DNA of 56,333 bases from Thermoleophilia bacterium (GTDB lineage Bacteria > Actinomycetota > Thermoleophilia > Gaiellales > SKUG01), in assembly GCA_039811765.1 (NCBI GenBank), contig JBDHZF010000003.1:1-56333 (forward strand), given 5' to 3'. Below, piece after piece: positions 30,450-39,272 of the stretch. Position 1 is the first letter of the stretch; each line of letters opens with the position of its first letter. The notes under the pieces were generated by a model, which saw only the letters and a list, made by a program, of their open reading frames with translations, was not told where the DNA came from and ran no database searches. The position numbers and the translations under genes were made by a program.

Positions 30450-30679
30450 GGGCGTCCCGGCATCCTATCCGACGCGACCGTCCGCCCCCGCCGCGCCCCA
30501 CAACTCGTCGCCAGTTAGTGCCAACAGGTCGTCCAAAGTGGCGACGAGTTACTCGCGTGGTGGCGATTGGGCCCTGTTTCGGCGCGGAGATACTCAGGAA
30601 CAAGCGTGGTGACGCAAAGCGACACCAGCGCAGGACGTGCGCGAAGTCGTGGCGCGCAACGAAACCGAGTGGCCGCGGA

Positions 30680-30889
30680 TCAGGCGCCCGGCCAGCGAAT
30701 GTGAACGGTGCCCGCGCCCGCGGCGACGCCGAGGCGCAACACGTCGTCCGCGCCGCTGGAGAGCTGGCCGAGCGCGTGGACCAACGAACCGGCGTCGCCA
30801 CCGCGGCGTACCAGCGCGAGCGAGCTGGACACCACGCCGCCGGCCGCCTTGAGCGCGGAAATCGCAGAACTTCCCGAAATCGCCGACAT
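30680..30889 (-). CDS. small hypothetical protein or gene remnant
   Basis: GGGGGA RBS before MSAISGSS; 69 aa; no motif. Confidence 0.35.
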   Translation of the reverse strand: MSAISGSSAISALKAAGGVVSSSLALVRRGGDAGSLVHALGQLSSGADDVLRLGVAAGAGTVHIRWPGA

Positions 30890-30983
30890 GCCGATTCCCC
30901 CCTGAACCAATGTTCGTGCCCGCGCGATCTCCCGATGCGCACGCACCCCTCGTCGGTAGACCGAATCGCGAGCCGTCGGCGTT

Positions 30984-31904
30984 TCACCCATTCGCCGCGT
31001 CGCTGTCGCCTGGGGGGAGGGGCCAGTCGCGCGCGGCGCGGGCGATGGCGGCGGCCACGGACGGTTCGAGCAGGTCGTTGTCGCTTTCCGAGCCGCGATC
31101 GATGATGACGAGGAAGTACGTCGCGGCAATCATGATCACGAGCGAATCGACCATCATCATCATGCCGCCCGCGAGCTGCTGGTCGAACATCGGCGACATG
31201 CCGTACGCGCGCGACGCGTTGCCGTAATGCGGATACAGCTGATGTGGCCACACGAGCATCGCGACGCCCAGGATGCCGCCGATCATGCGCGCCGCAACGA
31301 CGTACGCGGCTTTCCAAACGCGCCCTTCCACACGCTCGTGCGTGGGATCCATGAGCGGCCACCACGCGAGCACGGCCGTGAGCGCGAACGTCAGATGCTC
31401 GAGATCATGGATCGGACGACTCTCGAGCGCGGCCTGGTACATCACTGGCAGGTGCCACGCATAGAGCGTGACGAGCCACACCGAGAGGGCCACCTGCGGC
31501 TGGCGCAGCCACCCCCAGAACCGGCGTAGCCACTGCATTCGTGCGGCGCGCACGAGGATCGGCTTGGGCCAGAAAAAGAACACGACGGGCGCGCGCAAGC
31601 CGTAAAGCAGCAGCGGCGCGGGAATGTCGGCGATCAGCAGGTGCTGCGCCATGTGCGCGGACACGAGCGCGCTCTCGCCCACCGGGTCGACGAAGGTCTG
31701 CGTGGCGACGAGGATCAGGCCGAGCCCAGCGAACCAGCTGACGCGCTGGCCCATCGGCACGCGGCGTCCGCGCCCCGCGAGGATCGAGCACGCGCGCAGG
31801 TACAACAGCGCCGCGGCGGCCACGCCGAGCAGCGGGATCGCGTTGAACGAGAACAGCGCGGTGGGGACACCCCCCAGCGAGAACGCCTCCAGCGGCGCGT
31901 TCAC
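30984..31904 (-). CDS. cytochrome c oxidase assembly protein (caa3 CtaG family)
   Basis: SAHMAQHLL, AWHLP, HDLEH and DQQLAG; GTGA coupling to the upstream gene. Confidence 0.88.
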   Translation of the reverse strand: MNAPLEAFSLGGVPTALFSFNAIPLLGVAAAALLYLRACSILAGRGRRVPMGQRVSWFAGLGLILVATQTFVDPVGESALVSAHMAQHLLIADIPAPLLLYGLRAPVVFFFWPKPILVRAARMQWLRRFWGWLRQPQVALSVWLVTLYAWHLPVMYQAALESRPIHDLEHLTFALTAVLAWWPLMDPTHERVEGRVWKAAYVVAARMIGGILGVAMLVWPHQLYPHYGNASRAYGMSPMFDQQLAGGMMMMVDSLVIMIAATYFLVIIDRGSESDNDLLEPSVAAAIARAARDWPLPPGDSDAANG

Positions 31905-32455
31905 CGAACGGCCTCGGCGTCGACGGCGTCCGCGCCCTCGCCCGCTTCGCGCGCTCGCCGCTCCGCCTCCACGTGCCGGCGTAGCGCCGCTTGTTTGCGG
32001 GCCGTGCGAGCGCCAGCCCACGCCGCCGGGATCGCCAGCGCAAGCTGCGCGACGAGCACCCCGAACGCCGCGTTGGTGATCAGCAGCGCCACGAGCAGGA
32101 TCGCGGTTCGCGCGATCGCCCATGCCACGGCAACCTGCGGCGGGCGTGCGCGCGTGAGCGTGGTCACGAGCCCGCCGCCCCAGAAATCAGTCACGAGATA
32201 GCCGGCGATGCCCACCACCACGCTCGTGTCGTGCGCGGCGCCACCCGACCAGTCGAGCACTTTCACGCCGAGCGCGGCAAGCACAATTCCAAGGGGCGTC
32301 ATGCCAACGGAGACGAGCATCGCCGCGAGCAGCAGCCGCGGGTGCACGCGAACGCGCGCGAGCGCGCGAAGATCGAGCGACGGTTCGAGTTGCTCGTCGT
32401 CGAGGGGATGTTCGACCGTGGCCGAATCGGCGAAGTATGCCGGGGTGCGATCCAT
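31901..32455 (-). CDS. hypothetical membrane protein (about 4 TM)
   Basis: Hydrophobic helices; stop overlaps the ctaG start. Confidence 0.65.
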   Translation of the reverse strand: MDRTPAYFADSATVEHPLDDEQLEPSLDLRALARVRVHPRLLLAAMLVSVGMTPLGIVLAALGVKVLDWSGGAAHDTSVVVGIAGYLVTDFWGGGLVTTLTRARPPQVAVAWAIARTAILLVALLITNAAFGVLVAQLALAIPAAWAGARTARKQAALRRHVEAERRAREAGEGADAVDAEAVR

Positions 32456-32584
32456 GCGTCGGCAATCATGACTGATTCGCTCGCACCCCCGTGCCAGTTC
32501 GACCCGCGACCCGTCCCCTATGTGTGGTGGATTGCGCCCGCCCAGCGAGCACAATCCGCCGCACATCGCCCGAATCGCGCTGGA

Positions 32585-34258
32585 TCAGGGCCGATCCCCT
32601 CCACGCCTACGCATCTCGCGCAGCAGCCCCGGCCGAACCACGCCGAGCCGCCCGCCGAGCCACAAGTACGCCGGCACGGCGATGGCGAGCGCCACAACGA
32701 GCGCGCCCACCGTGACGAAGAAGCCCGTGCCGAGCTCGGGCGCCCACCAGTGGTGATACGCCAGCGCCGGAACGCCGACCGCAACTGCCGAGCTCGCGAG
32801 CGTCCCCAGCGCAACGCGAACAGTGCGCGCCGTGCCGAGCGGATCCGCTCGACGCGCCAGCAACGTGTACAACAACCCGACCGCCACCACGTTCGCGACG
32901 CTCGTGGCGAGCGCGATGCCGAACACGCCCCACGCGCGGTACGTGAGCAGCGCCACGACGAGGTTCGCCGCGAGCGTCGCCACGCTCGCGATCGTGGGCA
33001 GCCACGTGAGCTTGAGCGAGAACAGCGAGCGAATCAGCATCAACGTCAGGCCGTTGAACGTCAGTCCGATCGCGAACGCCGCGAGCGACAACGCCACCGC
33101 TTGCGTCTCCGGCTCCCCGAATCGTCCGTGCTCGTACAGCGCGCGCGTGATCGGCTCGGCGAACAACCCCACGAACACGCTGCTCGGCACCAGCAGCATC
33201 AGGATCTGGCGCAAGCCGCTGTCCACGGTCTGCGCGAATCCAGGACGATCCCCACGGCTCGCCAACCGAGAGAGCGCAGGAAAGAACACGGTGCTCACCG
33301 CCACGCTGAAGATCCCCTGCGGCAGCATGTAGACGCGAAACGCCTTGTCGAGGATCGCCGGCCCAGCGCCCGTCTCCAGCCCCCCGAATCCCGGCCCGAC
33401 GTTCGCGTCCACGTGCGCGGCGAGCAGCGCGCTGATGAACTGCTGCACGTTGATCAGGCCGAGCGCGATCGTCACCGGCAGCATCAATAGGAAGATCTCG
33501 CGCACCTTCGGGTCGTGGAACGCCGCGCGCAGGCGCAGGCGTCCGCCGAGGCCGCGCATCCATGGCACCGGCAGCACGGCCTGCACCACGGTGCCCGCGA
33601 GCATGCCGACGGCGTACACCCAGATGCGCTGGTCCTGCGGAAACCACCACACCGCGACCGCGAGCGCGATCAGGATCACCGCGTTCCACGCCACTGGGGC
33701 GATCGCAGCAGCGCCGAACCGTCCGTACGTGTTGAGGATGCCCACGATCACGCCGGAGAGCGCGAGCACGAGCACGATCGGCATCAACAGCCGCGCCAGC
33801 TGGACGGTGAGCTGCACGTCCGCGGCGGAGAACGTGTTGTCGAGGAACGGCCCGACGATCCACGGCGCGGCAACCATCGCCAGCACGGTGAGCGGCCCGA
33901 GCACGAGCAAGATCACGCTGCAGACGGTTCCCGCAACGCGCCACGCGCGTTCGCGTTCGCCGCGCTCGTCGAGGTCGGTGAAGACGGGGACGAACGCCGC
34001 GCTGAGCGCGCTGTCGGCCACGAGCGAGCGCAAGAGGTTGGGGATCTGGTTGGCCACCACGAACGCGGAGTAGGTGGTGCCAGCGTTGAACACCGCGGCG
34101 GTGACGGTTTCACGCAACAGTCCCGCCACGCGCGAGAGCGCGGTCGCGGCGGCGAACACGATCGTCGAGGCGCGGATGCGCTTCCGCTCGTGGGCCTGGA
34201 TCGTCTCCTCGTCCTCGTTGGGAGGCGAATCGAATTTGGATGTGTCGTGCTCGCTCAC
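32585..34258 (-). CDS. murJ: lipid II flippase MurJ
   Basis: SRVAGLLRE, IPNLLR..ADSALSAAFVPVF, LPQGIF and many TM helices. Confidence 0.94.
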   Translation of the reverse strand: MSEHDTSKFDSPPNEDEETIQAHERKRIRASTIVFAAATALSRVAGLLRETVTAAVFNAGTTYSAFVVANQIPNLLRSLVADSALSAAFVPVFTDLDERGERERAWRVAGTVCSVILLVLGPLTVLAMVAAPWIVGPFLDNTFSAADVQLTVQLARLLMPIVLVLALSGVIVGILNTYGRFGAAAIAPVAWNAVILIALAVAVWWFPQDQRIWVYAVGMLAGTVVQAVLPVPWMRGLGGRLRLRAAFHDPKVREIFLLMLPVTIALGLINVQQFISALLAAHVDANVGPGFGGLETGAGPAILDKAFRVYMLPQGIFSVAVSTVFFPALSRLASRGDRPGFAQTVDSGLRQILMLLVPSSVFVGLFAEPITRALYEHGRFGEPETQAVALSLAAFAIGLTFNGLTLMLIRSLFSLKLTWLPTIASVATLAANLVVALLTYRAWGVFGIALATSVANVVAVGLLYTLLARRADPLGTARTVRVALGTLASSAVAVGVPALAYHHWWAPELGTGFFVTVGALVVALAIAVPAYLWLGGRLGVVRPGLLREMRRRGGDRP

Positions 34259-34291
34259 GCGGCCGCGAGTATCGCAGGCGCGCAGCTCGCG

Positions 34292-34687
34292 TCACTCCGG
34301 AACGACGATGCGGATGCCCATGCGCTGCGCGCCAGCCGCGAGCTGGCGATCGAACGTGAAGACAGGCGCGCCCAGCTCTCGTGCCACAGCGAGGTATTCG
34401 GCGTCGTACGTCTTGTGCCATCCGAGCAGCGACGCGATCTCCCACGGCGTTCGCCGGTCGTACCCGTCATGGCAGCGAATGTCGACGGCATGGATCTGCT
34501 GGAACAACTCCCACTCTCGATCGTCGTCAGCGCGTCGTCGACGAGCGGAACGGTGGAGGGCGTTGCACACTTCCGCCCACATCAATCGGGGCGCGACCAG
34601 CGTGTGCTGCAACGCGAGCCGATCGAGCACACCACCGCTGACAGCCTTGATCGCCGCGTCCGCATCAATGACCAACGTCGTCTTCAC
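34292..34687 (-). CDS. vapC: VapC-family PIN domain toxin
   Basis: VIDADA, AEVCNAL, YDAEYLAVA and TFDRQL acidic tetrad. Confidence 0.88.
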   Translation of the reverse strand: MKTTLVIDADAAIKAVSGGVLDRLALQHTLVAPRLMWAEVCNALHRSARRRRADDDREWELFQQIHAVDIRCHDGYDRRTPWEIASLLGWHKTYDAEYLAVARELGAPVFTFDRQLAAGAQRMGIRIVVPE

Positions 34688-34688
34688 G

Positions 34689-34946
34689 TCAACGCTGATC
34701 TTCCTTCGCTTCCCGCACCATTCGAACGATGTCGTCGACCGTCCAGCCCGTGACCGGATCGACACCCTTCGCCCACTCCGGCACGTTCACGGCGCGAACG
34801 CCGTTGAGCAACTCGTCGAGGTCGATCTCGTCGATCATGTGCTGCGTGCCGAAGCGGCTGGATCGAAGCTTTCCAGAGCGGATCCAGCGACGGATCGTCT
34901 CCGGATTCTTGCCCGCGATCTTGGCTGCTTCGGCGACGGTGAGCAT
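34689..34946 (-). CDS. putative antitoxin with excisionase-like HTH
   Basis: LTVAEAA..PETIRRWIRSGKL; directly upstream of vapC; TACCGT 6 nt before ATG. Confidence 0.82.
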   Translation of the reverse strand: MLTVAEAAKIAGKNPETIRRWIRSGKLRSSRFGTQHMIDEIDLDELLNGVRAVNVPEWAKGVDPVTGWTVDDIVRMVREAKEDQR

Positions 34947-34960
34947 GCCCACACGGTACC

Positions 34961-34996
34961 ACATGAACATGTAGCATTATGCGACATGATTATGTA
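34961..34996. promoter_or_regulatory. palindromic operator in TA promoter
   Basis: AT-rich imperfect palindrome with core CATGTAGCAT-T-ATGCGACATG just upstream of the antitoxin -10. Confidence 0.6.
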
Positions 34997-35093
34997 GCGC
35001 TGAGTGCGGCGATGCGCCCGGATTCGCACTTCTGGTACGATTCTGCGGTTCGACCTACGATTTGCAGTCCCCCAGGAGAGGCCCAGAACCGAC

Positions 35094-35609
35094 ATGGCCA
35101 ACATCAAGCAGCAGAAGAAGCGCATCGGCATCGCCCAGCGCCAGCGCATGGAGAACCTGCGCTACCGCTCCACGATCAAGACGCTGTTCAACCGTCTGCA
35201 GCTGAACGTCGACACCGGCGACAAGGACGCCGCCGCGGCGACGCACAAGGAGCTCGTGAAGCTGCTCGATCGCTCCGTGACGCGTGGCGCGCTGCATCGC
35301 AACACGTCGGCCCGCAAGAAGGCGCGCGCCGAGCGCATGCTGCTGCAGGAGGCGAAGACGGACGCGGCAACCACGCGCAAGGCCAAGAAGAAGGCTGCGC
35401 CCGTGCGCAAGCCCGCTGCCAAGAAGGCCGCTGCGAAGAAGCCGGTCGAGAAGGCCGAAGCGCCGGTCGTCGAGGAGCCCACGGTCGAGGCCGAGGCACC
35501 TGCCGAGGCGGAGGCTGCTGCCGATGAGGCCGCTGCGCCCGAGGCCGAGGCTGCTGCGGAGGAAACTCCGGCCGAGGAGCCCGAAGCCGAGGCGACCGAC
35601 GCGGAGTGA
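35094..35609 (+). CDS. rpsT: 30S ribosomal protein S20 with long C-terminal extension
   Basis: MANIKQQKKR, RSTIKT and LHRNTSARKK; 171 aa in total. Confidence 0.93.
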   Translation: MANIKQQKKRIGIAQRQRMENLRYRSTIKTLFNRLQLNVDTGDKDAAAATHKELVKLLDRSVTRGALHRNTSARKKARAERMLLQEAKTDAATTRKAKKKAAPVRKPAAKKAAAKKPVEKAEAPVVEEPTVEAEAPAEAEAAADEAAAPEAEAAAEETPAEEPEAEATDAE

Positions 35610-35636
35610 GCGTCGCCGCAATCCAGTGATTCGCCG

Positions 35637-35662
35637 TGGGGCGCGACTTCGGTCGCGCCCCA
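35637..35662. terminator. hairpin between convergent rpsT and holA
   Basis: TGGGGCGCGAC-TTCG-GTCGCGCCCCA, an 11-bp stem with UUCG loop; weak U-tract. Confidence 0.7.
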
Positions 35663-35685
35663 TGCGTCTTCCCAAATACATTGGG

Positions 35686-36705
35686 TCAGACCAGTTCGAG
35701 CAGCCCGCGTTCGAGGACGATGCGGGCACCGCCTGTAGCGTCTTCGCCTACGCGACCGCCGAGCGTGCTCGCGCCCTTGAGCTCGGCATCGAGCTGCGCG
35801 ATGCGCGCGAGCGCGGCGTCCACGCGCGCGGTCTTCACGCGCTGCGCCTGCTGCACCACTTTCTTCGCCGCCCACGGGTTCGCGCCGCCAGCCTTCAGCT
35901 GATCGAGCGCTGCGTCCGGACCCATCGACCGCAGCAAGTGGTGCGCGTCGTCGACCTGCCGCAGGTGTCGCCCGAGCGAACCCACCAAGCGCACTGGGTG
36001 TTCGCGTTGTTCGAGCAGCTGTTCCACGAGCGTGAGGAACGCGCGCTTGTCGGCGCGCGCCCACGCGTCGCCGAGCAACCAGACTTTCTCGTCGGTCACG
36101 CGCGTGGCAAGCTCGTCGACCATCGCGACGGTCACTGGGTCTTCACCTGCATATGTCGCAATGCGTTCGATGTCGGTGCGCAGCCTCGCGAGGTCGCCGC
36201 CGTCGAGCTCCTTCACCGCGCGCGCGTCGTTCGGATCGACGCCGCAGCACAACTCGATCAGTCGCTTCACCGCGGCACGATCGCCGCTCGCGCCCGTGGC
36301 GGCGAACACGCCCTCGGTCCACGCGCTCAACAGCTGCGGTGTGTCGGGACCTGGACACTCGATCAGTCGCGGCTTGGCGAACGCCTTGCGCAACGGCTTG
36401 CGCGCGTCGAGCTTGTCGGCCACCATCAGCAGCACGACGTCGGGGGACGGGTCGTCGAGATACACGAGCACGCGCTTGGCGTCGTCGGCCTTCCAGTCCT
36501 GCGCGCTGGTGACGATCACGAGCCGCTGCTCTGCGAGCAGCCCGAGCGTCTGGAACGACGCCACGAGCGTGGCCGCGCTGCCGTCGGTCGCGGTGTGCGT
36601 CTCCACAGAGTGGTCGGGAAAGTGCGCCTTGAGACGCTGCAGCACCGTTGCGACCTTTGCCACGTCGGTGCCGACCACGAGATATGCGGGTTCCAGCTGC
36701 GCCAT
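35686..36705 (-). CDS. holA: DNA polymerase III delta subunit
   Basis: PAYLVVG, GLLAEQRLVIV, DIERIATY and DAELKG; canonical position after comEC. Confidence 0.85.
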   Translation of the reverse strand: MAQLEPAYLVVGTDVAKVATVLQRLKAHFPDHSVETHTATDGSAATLVASFQTLGLLAEQRLVIVTSAQDWKADDAKRVLVYLDDPSPDVVLLMVADKLDARKPLRKAFAKPRLIECPGPDTPQLLSAWTEGVFAATGASGDRAAVKRLIELCCGVDPNDARAVKELDGGDLARLRTDIERIATYAGEDPVTVAMVDELATRVTDEKVWLLGDAWARADKRAFLTLVEQLLEQREHPVRLVGSLGRHLRQVDDAHHLLRSMGPDAALDQLKAGGANPWAAKKVVQQAQRVKTARVDAALARIAQLDAELKGASTLGGRVGEDATGGARIVLERGLLELV

Positions 36706-36735
36706 CGTCCGCGTGATCCTATCGCGCGCGCACGG

Positions 36736-38601
36736 TCACTCCACGATCGAGAGCCGCGTTCCATCGCTTCGAAACTCGATCGTGCCGTCACGATCGGTGC
36801 GGCGCATGAGCACGTGCGCGCGACGCAGGTCGTCGAGCACTTGCGCGCGGGGGTGGCCGTAGTCGTTTCCCTCCCCCACGCTGATCGCCGCGGCGGCGGG
36901 GGTCACTTGGTCGAGCAGCTGCGGGAGCTGCGGGTCGGCGCTGCCGTGGTGGCTGATTCGCAGCAAGTCCAGATGCGGCAGTCCGAGTCCGAGCAGCACC
37001 GGCGCTTCGGCATCCGCGGGGATGAGCGCACGAACTGAACCGTGCTTCACGAGCAGCACGGTGGCGCCGTCGTTGTGCAGGTCGCCCGTGCGCGGCGCGA
37101 CCGTGCCATCGCAGCGCGGATGCAGCACCGACACGTGCGCCTCGCCGACGTCGAACCCGTCTCCCGCACAGATGTCCACGAGATCTGGCGCGACCTCCTC
37201 CACCCGCCGCCATGCGCCAAGCTCGTTGATCGGGCGGGTGGTCCAACGCGGGTGCAGCGACGCGACGACATCGTCGAGACCACCGCGATGATCGAGACTG
37301 TCGTGCGTGAGCACCACGCCGTCCACGCGGCGAACGCCCAGCTCGTGCACGCGATCGACGACATGCCCGTCCGGCGGCCCTGTGTCGACGAGCACCGCAT
37401 GCGAACCTTGCACGAGCAGCGTGGCGTCGCCCTGTCCGATGTCGAGCACGGCGATGCGCAGGTCGTGCGGACCTGCACGGAGCGTCGAACCATGCACGAG
37501 CGGCAGCGCGGCGTGCTGCGCGACGAGCGATCCGAGCACAAGCACGCACGCTCCGATCGCGACGGCTCGTCGCACCCATCCTCGAGCCGGTGCCACGCGA
37601 GCGGCGAGCCACCAGCAGAGCACGAGCAACGGAACGCCGATCGTGATGGCCGGTTGCGTGGCTTGCGCCGCCGGCGCCGCCGCGGCGCGACGCGCCACCT
37701 GCAGCAGCGCGCTCGCGAGCAGACCGACCGGCGCGAACGCCGCTGTGCCGAGCCACTCGGCCCCGAGCGAGTCGGCGGCAAGCGCGATCAGGGACGCGCC
37801 GAGCCCAACCACGAGCAGCGCTCCGGCCATGGGCACCGCCACCAGATTCGCGAGTGTGCCCGTCGCGGGCGCGCCGCCGGTGCGCAACTGCAAGATCGGC
37901 GCGGTGGCAAGCGAGCAGAGCGTGGTCGCTGCAACTGCGCCCGCAAGCCAGCTTGGCACACCACCCTCGTGCAGCGTCGTCGTCATCGGGGATGCCCAGC
38001 GCAGCAGCGCCGCCACGCACGCGAAGCTGAGCTGCATGCCGAGGCTGCGATGCGCCCCCGGCCAGATCCAGCATGTAGTCACGGCCGCGACGAGCAGCAG
38101 TCGCCACAGGTCCGGCAGCCGCCCCGTCAGCCACGCAACGATTCCGAGCATGCCGGTGATTCCGGCACGCACGATCGACGCGCCGCTGCCCACGACCATC
38201 ACGTAGATCGGAATCGCAATCAGCGCCAGCACGGCACCGGTCGTCTTGCCGGCGCCGAAGCATCGCGCAAGCAGGATGCAGCACGTGGCGACCAGCGCGA
38301 TGTTCTGCCCCGACGCGGCGACCAAGTGCTGGAGTCCGGAGTCGAGAAACGCCTGCTGGTCGGCAGGGTCCACGTCATCGGCTCGGCCGAACACGACGCC
38401 CGCGGCGACCGCGCCGGCGTCCGCACCCGTCACATGTTGCTGCGGCAGCGATCTCAGTCGATCCACGACGCTGGCAAGCGGCGCCGGGACCGGCACGTCC
38501 ACAATCTGCGCCGGCGGCGCGCCGCGCCACCCCGCCTCGGCCAAGAACACGCCGATGGCGAGCAACACGACGAGCACGATCGTCGAGACCCGCCCCGTCA
38601 T
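36736..38601 (-). CDS. comEC: competence protein ComEC/Rec2
   Basis: GLQHLVAASGQN, SIVRAG and GMQLSF; MBL domain with DIGQGDA, SHHGS and NDYGHP. Confidence 0.93.
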   Translation of the reverse strand: MTGRVSTIVLVVLLAIGVFLAEAGWRGAPPAQIVDVPVPAPLASVVDRLRSLPQQHVTGADAGAVAAGVVFGRADDVDPADQQAFLDSGLQHLVAASGQNIALVATCCILLARCFGAGKTTGAVLALIAIPIYVMVVGSGASIVRAGITGMLGIVAWLTGRLPDLWRLLLVAAVTTCWIWPGAHRSLGMQLSFACVAALLRWASPMTTTLHEGGVPSWLAGAVAATTLCSLATAPILQLRTGGAPATGTLANLVAVPMAGALLVVGLGASLIALAADSLGAEWLGTAAFAPVGLLASALLQVARRAAAAPAAQATQPAITIGVPLLVLCWWLAARVAPARGWVRRAVAIGACVLVLGSLVAQHAALPLVHGSTLRAGPHDLRIAVLDIGQGDATLLVQGSHAVLVDTGPPDGHVVDRVHELGVRRVDGVVLTHDSLDHRGGLDDVVASLHPRWTTRPINELGAWRRVEEVAPDLVDICAGDGFDVGEAHVSVLHPRCDGTVAPRTGDLHNDGATVLLVKHGSVRALIPADAEAPVLLGLGLPHLDLLRISHHGSADPQLPQLLDQVTPAAAAISVGEGNDYGHPRAQVLDDLRRAHVLMRRTDRDGTIEFRSDGTRLSIVE

Positions 38602-39182
38602 GTCGTCGCCGCCTCGCGGAGCGATTCGATCGTGGCGGGACCGATCCCCGGCACGCGATCAAGATCGTCGACCGACGCGAACGGCCCGCCGGATTCGCGC
38701 TCGTCGACGATCTTCTGCGCGGTGACCGGTCCGATACCCGGCAGCTCCTGCAACTGCTGCACGTCAGCGGCGTTGATCGACACCGCCGCTCCGGGCGTGG
38801 CTGCGGTCGCGGTCGCGGCAAATCCGCTCGAAGCGCGCGAACCGACGAGCACCTGCTGCCCATCGACGAGCGGCGCCGCTCGATTCAGCGCGGACAACTC
38901 CGCGCCGCTGCGCGCGCCGCCAGCTGCTTCGATCGCTTCGTGCACGCGCGCGCCCGCGTGCATTCGATACACGCCCGGTCGCCGCACCGCGCCAGCGACA
39001 TCGACGACCAAGCCGCCACTCGTGGGATCCTCATGGCCGGACGGCGCGTCCGCCGCGGCGTCGTCCGACGCCCCCGTCGACACCACTCGTTCGTTCGCCT
39101 CGCCACCGCACCCGCTGCAGGCGAGCAGCACGAGGACCACGAGGACGAACGAGACGGCAGAACCTGACAGCGTGCGATGCAT
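38598..39182 (-). CDS. comEA: competence protein ComEA
   Basis: SLBB domain VDVAGAVRRPGVY and HhH motifs INAA..LPGIGP..VPGIGP. Confidence 0.93.
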   Translation of the reverse strand: MHRTLSGSAVSFVLVVLVLLACSGCGGEANERVVSTGASDDAAADAPSGHEDPTSGGLVVDVAGAVRRPGVYRMHAGARVHEAIEAAGGARSGAELSALNRAAPLVDGQQVLVGSRASSGFAATATAATPGAAVSINAADVQQLQELPGIGPVTAQKIVDERESGGPFASVDDLDRVPGIGPATIESLREAATT

Positions 39183-39266
39183 CCACGAATCGTCGCGCCC
39201 AAAGTGTCACGCGATGCGCGCACTTCGTCACAAAAGTGCAACGAATTCGTCACGGCCTCGTGACAC
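39183..39266 (-). promoter_or_regulatory. comEA promoter element (copy B)
   Basis: Same 84-bp architecture as 12297-12380. Confidence 0.75.
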
Positions 39267-39272
39267 TTGGCG

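Noticed and set aside
30515-30524. TTAGTGCCAA resembling half of a CIRCE element
   Set aside because: No matching TTAGCACTC arm at 9-bp spacing; no full CIRCE seen near hrcA or dnaJ.
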